This document shows positions 35,981 to 47,094 of a stretch of DNA of 64,000 nucleotides, one piece after another. This DNA comes from Mobula birostris (Eukaryota): assembly GCF_030028105.1 (NCBI RefSeq), contig NC_092382.1, positions 100,332,699 through 100,396,698 of the forward strand, read 5' to 3'. Position numbers and translations under genes: made by a program. Position 1 is the stretch's first letter. The number at the start of each line of letters is the position of its first letter. The notes below the pieces were generated by a model. That model ran no database searches. It was given only the letters and a program-made list of their open reading frames with translations, and was not told the origin of the DNA.

Positions 35981-38587
35981 GCTAACTTGCTAACGATCTG
36001 AACGCCTGAATTTCTTCTCCAGTCGCAGCTTTATGGGGGAAGGGCAAAGAGCGAGCCATTGTTGAAAAGAAACTCACATGAAATCAAGGCTAGAGTTTGC
36101 CAGAAGGCTTGTGGTAGATTCTGAAGTCAGCTGGAAGAAGCTTTTATGGTCCGATGAAACCAAACTTGAGCTATTTTGGCTATCGGATAAAAACGCTATG
36201 ATTGGCGTAAGCCACATGCTCACATCATCAAAAACACACCATCCTAACTGTGAAGCGTGGTGGCGGCTGCATCATGCTGTGGGGATGTTTCACTGCAGCA
36301 GGCCCTGGAAGGCTTGTAAAGGTACAGGGTAAAATGAATGCAGCAAAATGCAGGGAAATCCCGGAGGAAAACCTGATGCAGTCTGCAAGAGAACTGCCAC
36401 TTGGGAGGGGATTTGTTTTCTCGTCAAGCGGTGACCCCAGGGACAAAGCAAATACTACACAGGAATGGCTTAAAAACAACAAAGTTAATGTCCTGGAGTG
36501 GCCAAGTCAGAGTCCAGACCTTAATCTAATTGAGAATGTGTGGCTGGACTTGAAAAGGACTGTTCACTCATGATCCCCATGCAATCTGACAGATCTTGAG
36601 CTGTTTTGTAAAGAAGAATAGGGAAAAATTGCAGTGTCCACATGTGCAAAGCTGCTCGAGCCCCATCAACACAGACTCAAGGCTGGAATTGCTGCCAAAG
36701 AGGCATCTACTCGTACTGACTTGAAGGGGGTTAAAACTTGGACAATCAATTATTTTTTGTTTTATGCGTATAATTAATTTAGATCACTTTGTAGCGACCT
36801 GATTTCACACGGAAGAGTCTCTTTCTGTCTATCAGTGTCAAACTAGCCAAATTACATCCACACTGACTCAATACTGTAAAACAAAAAAACATGAAAACTT
36901 TCAAGGAGTGGTGCGTAATTTTCGCAGGCACTGTGTCCGACCATAAATCGGTAACGTCCAGGAGCAGAATTAGGCCACTGGTTCATCGATTCTGCTGCGC
37001 TATTTCATCATCCATTTTCCATCTCACCCCCAATCTTCACCCTTCTCACCGTATCCCTTGATCCGCTGACCAATCAACTATCTATCAAGATCTGCCTTAG
37101 ATGTTCAGCTGCGTGTGACAAACAAGTCCACCGACTCACTACTCTCTATCTAAAGAAATTCCTCCCCATCTCCTTTCTGAAAGGACGGCCCTCCATTCTG
37201 AGGCTGTGTCCTCTGGTCTTAAACTTATACTTTATACTTTATTGTCGCCAATCGATTGATACTAGACCGTACAATCATCACAGCGATATTTGATTCTGCG
37301 CTTCCTGCTCCCTGGATTACAGATATTAAATATTAAAAATTGTAAAAATTAGTAAATATTAACATTCTCAATTATAAATCATAAATAGAAAATGGGAAAA
37401 CGGAATATAAGGTAGTGCAAAAAAAAACCGAGAGGCAGGTCCGGATATTTGGAGGGTACGGCCCTGATCCGGGTCCGGATCCGTTCAGCAGTCTTATCAC
37501 AGTTGGAAAGCAGCTGTTCCCAAATCTGGCCGTACGAGTCTTCAAGCTCCTGAGCCTTCTCCCGGAGGGAAGAGGGACGGAAAGTGTGTTGGCTGGGTGG
37601 GTCGTGTCCTTGATTATCCTGGCAGCACTGCTCCGACAGCGTGCGGTGTAAAGTGAGTCCAGGATGGAAGATTGGTTTGTGTGATGTGCTGGGCCGTGTT
37701 CACGATCTCCTGCAGCTTCTTCAGGTCTTGGACAGGACAACTTCCAGACCAGGTTGTGTTGCACCCTATAATCTATCATACTCTCCCAGCATAGGTAACA
37801 TCCTCTCCACGTCCACTCTATCAAGGTCTATCAAAAGGCTTCAATCAGATCACAGCTCCCTCTTCCGAATTCCGGTGAATGCAGGCCCAGAGCCATCAAA
37901 CACTCTTCATATGACAGGCCATTCAATCTTGCAATCATTTCCGTCAATCTCCTCTGAACCCTCCCCAGTTTCAGCACGACTTTTCTACAGTAATGTGCCC
38001 AATACTGCTCATAATACTCCAGGTGAGGCCTGGAAAGTAACCTTTAAGAAATCCTCCACAAGGACTCCCAAATCCCATTGCACCTCAATGTATAGCTTTA
38101 TTTTCTCTCTACTTAGAAAACAAGGAAAGCTTTCATATCGTCTGCCAAAGTGCAGAACCGCACACTTCCCGACACTGTATTCTATCTGTAACTTGCACGC
38201 CCATTTTCCGAATCTGCCTCGTCCTTCTGCTCCTATCTCATTAACCCTTCCTGCCCCTCCACCTGCCTTGGTGTTGCCTGCAAACTTTACAACAAAGCCA
38301 TCAACTCCACTATCCAAATCACTGACATATAGTCTACAAGGAACTGGTCCCAACCCGGATCCCTGTGGAACACCAGTACTCATTGGCAGCCAGTGAGAAA
38401 AGGCTCCCTTCATTCCGGGTAGCGGCCGCTCGACTGCACCACGACGAGTGTCTCCCCACCTCCCTCGTTCGGAAAGGGAGGGGCGGGGTGATAACCCGCG
38501 ACCCGCCCTCGGATTCAGATATCGCCCGCCTTCCTTTCAGTCCGCCGAGCGAACTGAAGAACTAGAACCCGCCTCAGCCCGGCAGCA

Positions 38588-39335
38588 ATGGTGCCTGCGC
38601 GCTGCCTCTCTGCTGCGATCTTCTGTCTGGCTCTGAGTACGTGACAACGCGTTTTTCGCTCTCCGGTTCTGCGCTTCGACCTCTCAAAGTGTCCAAAAGT
38701 CGTTTCGACTTCCGACTCTCGCTTCTCGTTGAGCTACGGCGCGGCCCAAACTGCCCGATTACATTTCCAAAACGACTAATTAACCCACTGACCCGGCATT
38801 CTTCTGAATGTGGGGCCGCCCGGACTAAACCCACGCGAACTAATTCCTCACGGTCAGAGGCGGGAACCGAACTCGAGTTGCTGGCGTTTTAATACCGTGA
38901 GGCGAACCGCTTCGCCACCGAGTGAGTGTCCATATGAATCCTTTTGCGCGTGGTCAGTGTATGCAGCGCAACACATCGCCGTCCATCATTTTTTTTTCCC
39001 AACCCCGATCTCTTCTCTCTATGCAGGTGTGTGCCGGGCCGATGAGATCCACCAGCGGCCCGGATCTCTCAGCGTCCGCCAGGGGGTGCCGGCCGAGATG
39101 AAGTGCCTTCAGAAGGGGCAGCTCCGTGAGAACATGCTCTGCTACCGCCAGCCGTCCACCGGCGGGCTGGCCTTGATCGGGTCCGTCTATCTCAGCAGCG
39201 AAGCTCGGATGGAGGAGGACTTCAAGGGCGGGTTCGTCATCACCAGGGCAAAGGAGAATAAGGAGTCCACCCTCCAGGTCGAGGGCGTGAAGGCCGCGGA
39301 CGCGGCGACCTATTTCTGCGCTACTACTGATGGCG
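38588..39335 (+). pseudogene. TRBV: TCR beta V segment VB4 (family B), open frame but Trp41->Cys (ORF or pseudogene). Leader 38588-38636, V exon 39027-39335
   Basis: Near-identical to VB3 except ATGCTCTGCTACCGC (MLCYR) in place of ATGCTCTGGTACCGC (MLWYR). Confidence 0.88.
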
Positions 39336-39374
39336 CACAGCGTTGTAGAGGTACTCGGCGCCAATACAAAAACT
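39336..39374 (+). other. 23-RSS of VB4
   Basis: CACAGCG + 23 nt + ACAAAAACT. Confidence 0.96.
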
Positions 39375-40167
39375 CCAACAGGTTTCCCCGCAGAGCAACT
39401 CGGCCAAGGTTTCGGGGGCAGATCGGAACTAGGTACAGAACCGGAACTGGATGGGCCGAGGGGCCTTTTACTTTGCTGAAGGTGTTCTCCGTCTCTGGCT
39501 AGGATTGGAATAGGTTTATCATTGTCACGCCACCGAGATATAGTGAAAGACTTTCTGTACATGCAGAACAAATCATTACACAGTACATTCAGGTCAAACA
39601 AGTTACGTAGGATGCAGAACCGGACAACACAGAAACAAGCCCTTCGGCCCACAATGTTGTGCTGACCCAGCTAAAAAGCAAATGGAAGCAACTACCTGTA
39701 TTTGTAATCAATACAAATCACTTTGTACAGATCTGTTTTCACTTTGACACAGAAGAGTTTTTTACGTTGATGAGTGTCGGAAAAAGCCAGATTAAATCCA
39801 CTACGATACAACTGATAACATATCCGCTGAGCGGCATTTCTGCGCTGGTAGAAGAATTCTTCACGGGAGACGTCCGCAGAGAAAGGCCAGGCTGGTTCAG
39901 TGAGACTGAAAGGCGACGGTTACCCGCAAAGTTCAACGTTACAACAGCCGTGTGCAGAACAGCGTCTCTGAACGCACAACACGTCGAACCCTGAGGCGGA
40001 TGGGCGACGGCAGCAGAGGACGATGAGCCTACACTCAGTGGGCAGTCTTTTGTGTACAGCAAGTATCTAATGCAGTGGCAACTGACGCTTATATCATACT
40101 CATTGACCTGCTTACCTGGCTAGCTAAACGTATATCCGTGTATCTACATCTCCACCAAGTCTGATAA

Positions 40168-40214
<47 letters not shown>

Positions 40215-40789
40215 CCCCCCCCCCCCACCTCTCCCTCGCTCGCTCTCTCCTTCTCCACAACAGAGAAAGACATATAGGTATACAGAGAATGAGCGAGGCA
40301 GACAGATAGATAATATAGATAGACAGCTAGATAGATAGATAGATAGATAATATAGATAGAGAGATAGATAATATAGATAGATAAATTAGATAGATAGATA
40401 GACAGTTAGAAAGAGAGAGAGAGATAAACACAGATAGACAGAAAAACAGATAGATGGAGAGGGAGATAGTTTGAGCGAGATTATTATTGGTAGGTGGACG
40501 GATTTCTAGATATATAGATAGAAAGATACGTACATAGATAGATAGATGGATAGAGGAAGAGGTAGATAAACAAATGGATAGATAGATAGATAGAGAGACA
40601 GACAGGCGGATAGGTAGGTAGATAGATAATTAAATTGATATATAGACAGATATAGACAGATAGATGGACAGAGAGACAGTTAGAGAGAGCAAGAGATAGA
40701 TTATTCGAGGTAGAAAGACAGACAGATAGATGAATAGACAGATAGAAAGATAGATATATATGTATATAGATACATGGAAAGATGGATGG

Positions 40790-41115
40790 ATCAAAATCAA
40801 CAGACAGATGGACTGACCGGGAGTAAGAACGGAGTTGGCAATTGTGCGGAGTTGACAAAGTGGGTATTTCTTTGCACCAACAGCAGGGGGCGACATCGGA
40901 GCACCAAATGCAACAGTTTCCACCCGGCCAAGGAACAGGGACAGAGAGGAAATCGCAGGGACAGGAAAGGGATCCTGCTCTTTTACCCCTCTCAGTTCCT
41001 CCGCGGAATTCTTGAAAGCGCAAATACGGTCAAACAAGAGTCAGGACAAATAAAGGGCAGTCTGGATGGGGTGGAAAGGAAGCAGGTCAACCAAACATAG
41101 CCCGCAATGTTGACG
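40790..41115 (+). promoter_or_regulatory. V-downstream module with CTCF core (40877-40896), 3' of VB4
   Basis: CCAACAGCAGGGGGCGACAT. Confidence 0.6.
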
Positions 41116-43714
41116 CTAACTTGCTAACAATCTCAACGTCTGATTTTTTTCTCCAGTCGCAGCTTTATGGGGGAAGGGCAAAGAGCCGAGCCATTGTTGA
41201 AAAGAAACTCACATAAAATCAAGGCTAGAGTTTGCCAGAAGGCTTGTGGGAGATTCTGAATCATCTGCGAGAAGATTTTATGGTCCGATGAAACTAAAAT
41301 TGAGCTTTTTTGGCCATCGGCTGTGTTTCGCGTAAGATAAATGCTCACATCATCAAAAACACACCATCCTAACCGTGAAGCGTGATGGTGGCTGCATCAT
41401 GCTGTGGGGATGTTTCACTGCAGCAGGCTCTGGAAGGCTTGTGAAGATAGAGGATAAAATGAATGCAGCAAAATACAGGGAAATCCCGGAGGAAAACCTG
41501 ATGCAGTCTGCAAGAGAACTGCCACTGGGGAGGGGATTTGTTTCTCGTCAAGCGGTGACTCCAGGCATAAAGCAAATACTACACAGGAATGGTTTGAAAA
41601 CAACAAAGTTAATGTCCTGGAGTGGCCAAGTCAGAGTCCAGACCGTAATCTAATTGAGAATGTGTGGCTGGACTTGAAAAGGACTGTTCACTCATGATCC
41701 CCATGCAATCTGACAGATCTTGAGCTGTTTTGTAAAGAAGAATAGGGAAACATTGCAGTGTCCACATGTGCAAAGCTGATCGAGACCCATCAACACAGAC
41801 TCAAGGCTGGAACTGCTGCCAAAGAGGCATCTACTCGTACTGACTTGAAGGGGGTTAAAACTTGGACAATCAATTATTTTTTGTTTTATGTTTGTAAATA
41901 ATTTAGATCACTTTGTAGCGACCTGATTTCACACGGAAGAGTCTCTTTCTGTCTATCAGTGTCAAACTAGCCAAATTACATCCACACTGACTCAATGCTG
42001 TAAAACAAAAAAACATGAAAGCTTTCAAGGAGGGGTGCGTAATTTTCGCAGGCACTGTGTCCGACCATAAATCGGTAACGTCCAGGAGCAGGATTAGGCC
42101 ACTGGCCCATCGATTCTGCCGCGCTATTTCATCATCCATTTTCCATCTCACCCCCAATCTTCACCCTTCTCACCGTATCCCTTGATCCGCTGACCAATCA
42201 ACTATCTATCAACATCTGCCTTAGATGTTCAGCTGCGTGTGACAAACAAGTCCACCGATTCACTACTCTCCATCTAAAGAAATTCCTCCCCATCTCCTTT
42301 CTGAAAGGACGGCCCTCGATTCTGAGGCTGTGTCCTCTGGTCTTATACTTATACTTTATACTTCATCGTCGCCAAACAATTGATACTAGAACATACAATC
42401 ATCACAGCGATATTTGATTCTGCGCTTCCTGCTCCCTGGATTACAGATATTAAATATTAAAAATTGTAAAAATTAGTAAATATTAACATTCTCAATTATA
42501 AATCATAAATAGAAAATGGAAAAACGGAAAGTAAGGTAGTGCGAAAAAAAAAACGAGAAGCAGGTCCGGATATTTTGAGGGTACGGCCCAGATCCGGGTC
42601 CGGATCCGTTCAGCAGCCTTATCACAGTTGGAAAGAAGCTGTTCCCAAATCTGGCCGTAAGACTCTTCAAGCTCCTGAGCCTTCTCCCGGAGGGAAGAGG
42701 GACGGAAAGTGTGTTGGCTGGGTGGGTCGTGTCCTTGATTATCCTGGCAGAACTGCTCCAACAGCGTGCGGCGAAAAGTGAGTCCAAGTTTGGAAGATCG
42801 GTTTGTGTGATGTGCTGGGCCGTGTTCACGATCTTCTGACGCTTCTTCGGGTCTTGTACAGGACAACTTCTGTACCAGGTTCTGCTGCACTCTATAATCT
42901 ATCATACTCTCCCACCATAGGTAACATCCTCTCCACGTCCACTCTATCAAGGTCTATCAAAAGGCTTCAATCAGATCACCGCTCGTTCTTCCGAATTCCA
43001 GTGAATACAGGCCCACAGCCATCAGACACTCTTCATATGACAGGCCATTCAATCCTGCAATCATTTCCGTGAACCTCCTCTGAACCCTCCCCAGTTTCAG
43101 AACGAACTTTCTAAGATAAAAGGCCCACAACTGCACGTAACACTCCAGGTGAGGTCTGGAAAGCACCCTTTGAGGGAAACCTCCACAAGGACTCCCAAAT
43201 TTCGTTGCGCCTCAATGTATATTTCTATTTTCTCTCTATTTAGAAAACAGGCAATGCTTTCATATCGTCTGCCAAAGTGCAGGACCGTACACTTCCCGAC
43301 ACTGTATTCTATCTGTAACTTCCACGCCCATTTTCCGAATCTGCCTCGTCCTTCTGCTCCTATCTCATTAACCCTTCCTGCCCCTCCACCTGCCTTGGTG
43401 TTGCCTGCAAACTTTACAACAAAGCCATCAACTCCGCTATCCAAATCACTGACATATAATCTACAACTAACTGGTGCCAACCCGGATCCCTGTGGAACAC
43501 CAGTGCTCATTGGCAGCCAGTGAGAAAAGGCTCCCTTCATTCCGGGTAGCGGCCGCTCGACTGCACCACGACGAGTGTCTCCCCACCCCCCTCGTTCGGA
43601 AAGGGAGGGGCGGGGTGATAACCCGCGACCCGCCCTCGGCTTCAGATATCGCCCGCCTTCCTTTCAGTCCGCCGAGCGAACTGAAGAACTAGAACCCGCC
43701 TCAGCCCGGCAGCA

Positions 43715-44462
43715 ATGGTGCCTGCGCGCTGCCTCTCTGCTGCGATCTTCTGTCTGGCTCTGAGTACGTGAGAACGCGCTTTTCGCTCTCCGGTTCTGCG
43801 CTTCGACCTCTCAAAGTGTCCAAAAGTCGTTTCGACTTCCGACTCTCGCTTCTCGTTGAGCTACGGCGCGGCCCAAACTGCCCGATTACATTTCCAAAAC
43901 GACTAATTAACCCACTGACCCGGCATTCTTCTGAATGTGGGGCCGCCCGGACTAAACCCACGCGAACTAATTCCTCACGGTCAGAGGCGGGAACTGAACT
44001 CGAGTTGTTGGCGTTTTAATACCGTGAGGCGAACCGCTTCGCCACCGAGCGAGTGTCCATATGAATCCTTTTGCGCGTGGTCAGTGTATGCAGCGCAACA
44101 CATCGCCGTCCATCATTTTTTTTTCCCAACCCCGATCTCTTCTCTCTATGCAGGTGTGTGCTGGACCGATGAGATCCACCAGCGGCCCGGATCTCTCAGC
44201 GTCCGCCAGGGGGTGCCGGCCGAGATGAAGTGCCTTCAGAAGGGGCAGCTCCGTGAGAACATGCTCTGGTACCGCCAGCCGTCCACCGGCGGGCTGGCCT
44301 TGATCGGGTCCGTCTATCTCAGCAGCGAAGCCCGGATGGAGGAGGACTTCAAGGGCGGGTTCGTCATCACCAGGGCAAAGGAGAATAAGGAGTCCACCCT
44401 CCAGGTCGAGGGCGTGAAGGCCGCGGACGCGGCGACCTATTTCTGCGCTACTACCGATGGCG
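43715..44462 (+). CDS. TRBV: TCR beta V segment VB5 (family B), apparently functional. Leader 43715-43763, V exon 44154-44462
   Basis: Leader as in VB3; exon VCWTDEIHQRPGSL..MLWYRQ..YFCATTDG is open with all hallmark residues. Confidence 0.94.
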
Positions 44463-44501
44463 CACAGCGTTGTAGAAATACTGGGCGCCAGTACAAAACC
44501 T
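44463..44501 (+). other. 23-RSS of VB5
   Basis: CACAGCG + 23 nt + ACAAAACCT. Confidence 0.93.
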
Positions 44502-45293
44502 CCAACAGATCTCCCCGCAGAGCAACTCTGCCAAGGTTCCGCGAGCAGATCGGAACTAGGTACAGAACCGGAACTGGATGGGCCGAGGGTCCTTTTACTT
44601 TACTGCAGGAGTTCTCCGTCTCTGGCTGGGATTGGAATAGGTTTACCATTGTCACGCCACCGAGATATAGTGAAAGACTTTCTGTACATGCAGAACAAAT
44701 CATTACACAGTACATTCAGGTCGAACAAGCTCCGTAGGATGGAGAACCGGACAAAACAGAAACAGGCCCTTCGGCACACAATGTTGTGCTGACCCTGCTA
44801 AAAAGCAAATGGAAGCAACTACCTGTATTTGGGAACAATACAGATCACTTTGTAGAGATCTGTTTTCACTTTAAACGAAAGAGGCTTTTTCTGTTCATGA
44901 GTGTCGGAATAAAGCCAAATTAAATCTACTGCGATACAGCTGATACGTATCCGCTGAGCGGCATTTCTGCGCTTGTGGACGAATTCTTCATGGGAGAGGT
45001 CCGCAGAGAAAGGCCAGGCTGGTTCAATGTGACTGGAAGACGACGGTTACCCGCAAAGTTCAACGTTACAACAGCCGTGTGCAGGTGAGCGTCTCTGAAC
45101 GCACAACACGTCGAACCCTGAGGCGGATGGGCGACGGCAGCAGAGGACGATGAGCCTACACTCAGTGGGCTGTCTATTGAGTACAGCAGGTATCTAATGG
45201 ACTGGCAACTGACGCTTATATCATACCCATTGACCTGCTTACGTGGCTACCTAAAGCACTTTCCGTGCATCTACCCCTCCACCAAGTCTGCTA

Positions 45294-45336
<43 letters not shown>

Positions 45337-45929
45337 GCTCGCTCGCTCCTTCTCCACAACAGAGAAAGACAGATACATATACAGAGAATGAGCGAGACAG
45401 ATAGATAGATAGATAAGCAGGTAGACATGGAAATAGATAGATTAGATAGATATATAGAGGGAGAGAGAGAGAGAGAATAGAATAGATAGATAGAATAAAT
45501 AGATAGATAGATAAGCAGGTAGACATAGAGATAGATAGATTAGATAGATATATATATAGAGAGAGAATANNNNNNNNNNNNNNNNNNNNNNNNNNNNNNN
45601 NNNNNNNNNNNNNNNNNNNNNNNNNNNNNNNNNNNNNNNNNNNNNNNNNNNNNNNNNNNNNNNNNNNNNNNNNNNNNNNNNNNNNNNNNNNNNNNNNNNN
45701 NNNNNNNNNNNNNNNNNNNNNNNNNNNNNNNNNNNNNNNNNNNNNNNNNNNNNNNNNNNNNNNNNNNNNNNNNNNNNNNNNNNNNNNNNNNNNNNNNNNN
45801 NNNNNNNNNNNNNNNNNNNNGAGAGATAGGGAGAAAGATAGATAGATAGAATGAGAGAGAGAGAGAGGGAGAGAGAGAGAGACTGATTGACTGATGACAG
45901 ACAGGCAGACAACCCTGCAGGCAGATAGT

Positions 45930-46205
45930 TGGATCAACAGACAGGTGGTCTGACCGGGAGTTTTTAGAGTGAAATATGCGGAGCTGGCAATGGGGTGTTC
46001 CTTCACAGCAACAGCAGGGGGCGCCCACGGAGCAACACTCTCCGCCCGGCCACAGAACCGGTCACAGAGAGGGGGAATTACGGGGACAGGAAGGAAACCT
46101 TGCACGTCCGCGTCTCCCAATTCCTCCGAGAAACAGTTGAAAGTGCAGCTAAGGTTACAGAATGCTAAACGGCAGTCTGAGGCGGTGGACAGGTGGAGCA
46201 GCCAT
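45930..46205 (+). promoter_or_regulatory. Divergent V-downstream module with CTCF core (46008-46027), 3' of VB5
   Basis: GCAACAGCAGGGGGCGCCCA; the flanks are visibly more diverged than the core. Confidence 0.62.
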
Positions 46206-47094
46206 GAAACCCAGGCAGCAATGGTGACTTCCAGACGAGCGAAAATTCTCCTCCTTTGTGCACTCCCCTGCGTGATGTTTCGACCTCTCGATCTGACAGT
46301 TTGAAGGGCGCTCTTTGCTCCTTTCATCAATATATCTGCCTCCCGATATCCCTCTACCTGTCTAACAATCGGTGTTCCTGACTATCTGGCTGTCCAGCCC
46401 ACTGCCTCCATCCCTGTTTCATCCAATCATTCATTTATCTGTCTATTCGTTCATCTGTCTGTACCCATCTCTCAATCTAGTTTCCTATCTATTTGTCTTT
46501 CCGTTGATCTCTCTGTCTGCATCAGCATCTGTCTACCTATTTATCAATCCATCCATTTATCAACATCCCCATCGATATCGCTGTCTTTCTTTCTCTCTGA
46601 TTGCCTATCTATTTATCTATCAACCTGTCTAACTATATACCTATATAACTCTCACCTGTGGCTGCCCTGTAGCTGTTTGCATGCGACAGCGGCCACTCCC
46701 CGGGCAACGGCTTCGACAACCAGGTGAGGGTAGCCGACGGGTCTCTAACCCTCGCAGATATCGGGATTTGTCTCTCCCAGCCTGTGAAGACAGACTCCGG
46801 CGGACTGAGCGGACGAGACTAATGGTCAAGAAGGCGGATTCTGCAAGCGTCGTAGAGCAGGTCAAGAGACAGAAGACGTCCTGGTCATCCTCTCCGTCTA
46901 GTCCCATCTCCAGCCGTCTGGAATCTTGTCTTGCCACTGGATCCAGATTCCAATTGGGAGAGAGGGTGAGGCTGACGCTGCGCAATTCTCCCTCACTTAA
47001 ATCCAAATCAAGCCCTCGTCTCGACACAATCATATAATGGTGTCGAGGTCCTCAATCGAAGTTGACGATAGACGAAAACATTGAATACCTATAT

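Larger units (their letters stand above)
27720..46330 (+). repeat. Tandem segmental duplication with a ~5.1-5.3 kb unit carrying VB2-VB5
   Basis: Leader ATG spacings are 5327, 5164 and 5127 nt; CTCF-core spacings are 5157, 5134 and 5131 nt. Repeated order: VB, Tc1 pieces, GA/GATA tract, CTCF module, Tc1 transposase fragment, CR1 tail, Rex1 tail, CR1. Confidence 0.93.

Noticed and set aside
46050-46095. GGGACAG words in the CTCF module resembling the TRBD core GGGACAGGGGGC
   Set aside because: No flanking 12-RSS and 23-RSS at the right spacing in any copy.
27720-46330. CRISPR-like repeat-spacer array or an active autonomous transposon
   Set aside because: The repeats are kb-scale eukaryotic duplications, and every Tc1 or LINE ORF seen is truncated or has stops or frameshifts.
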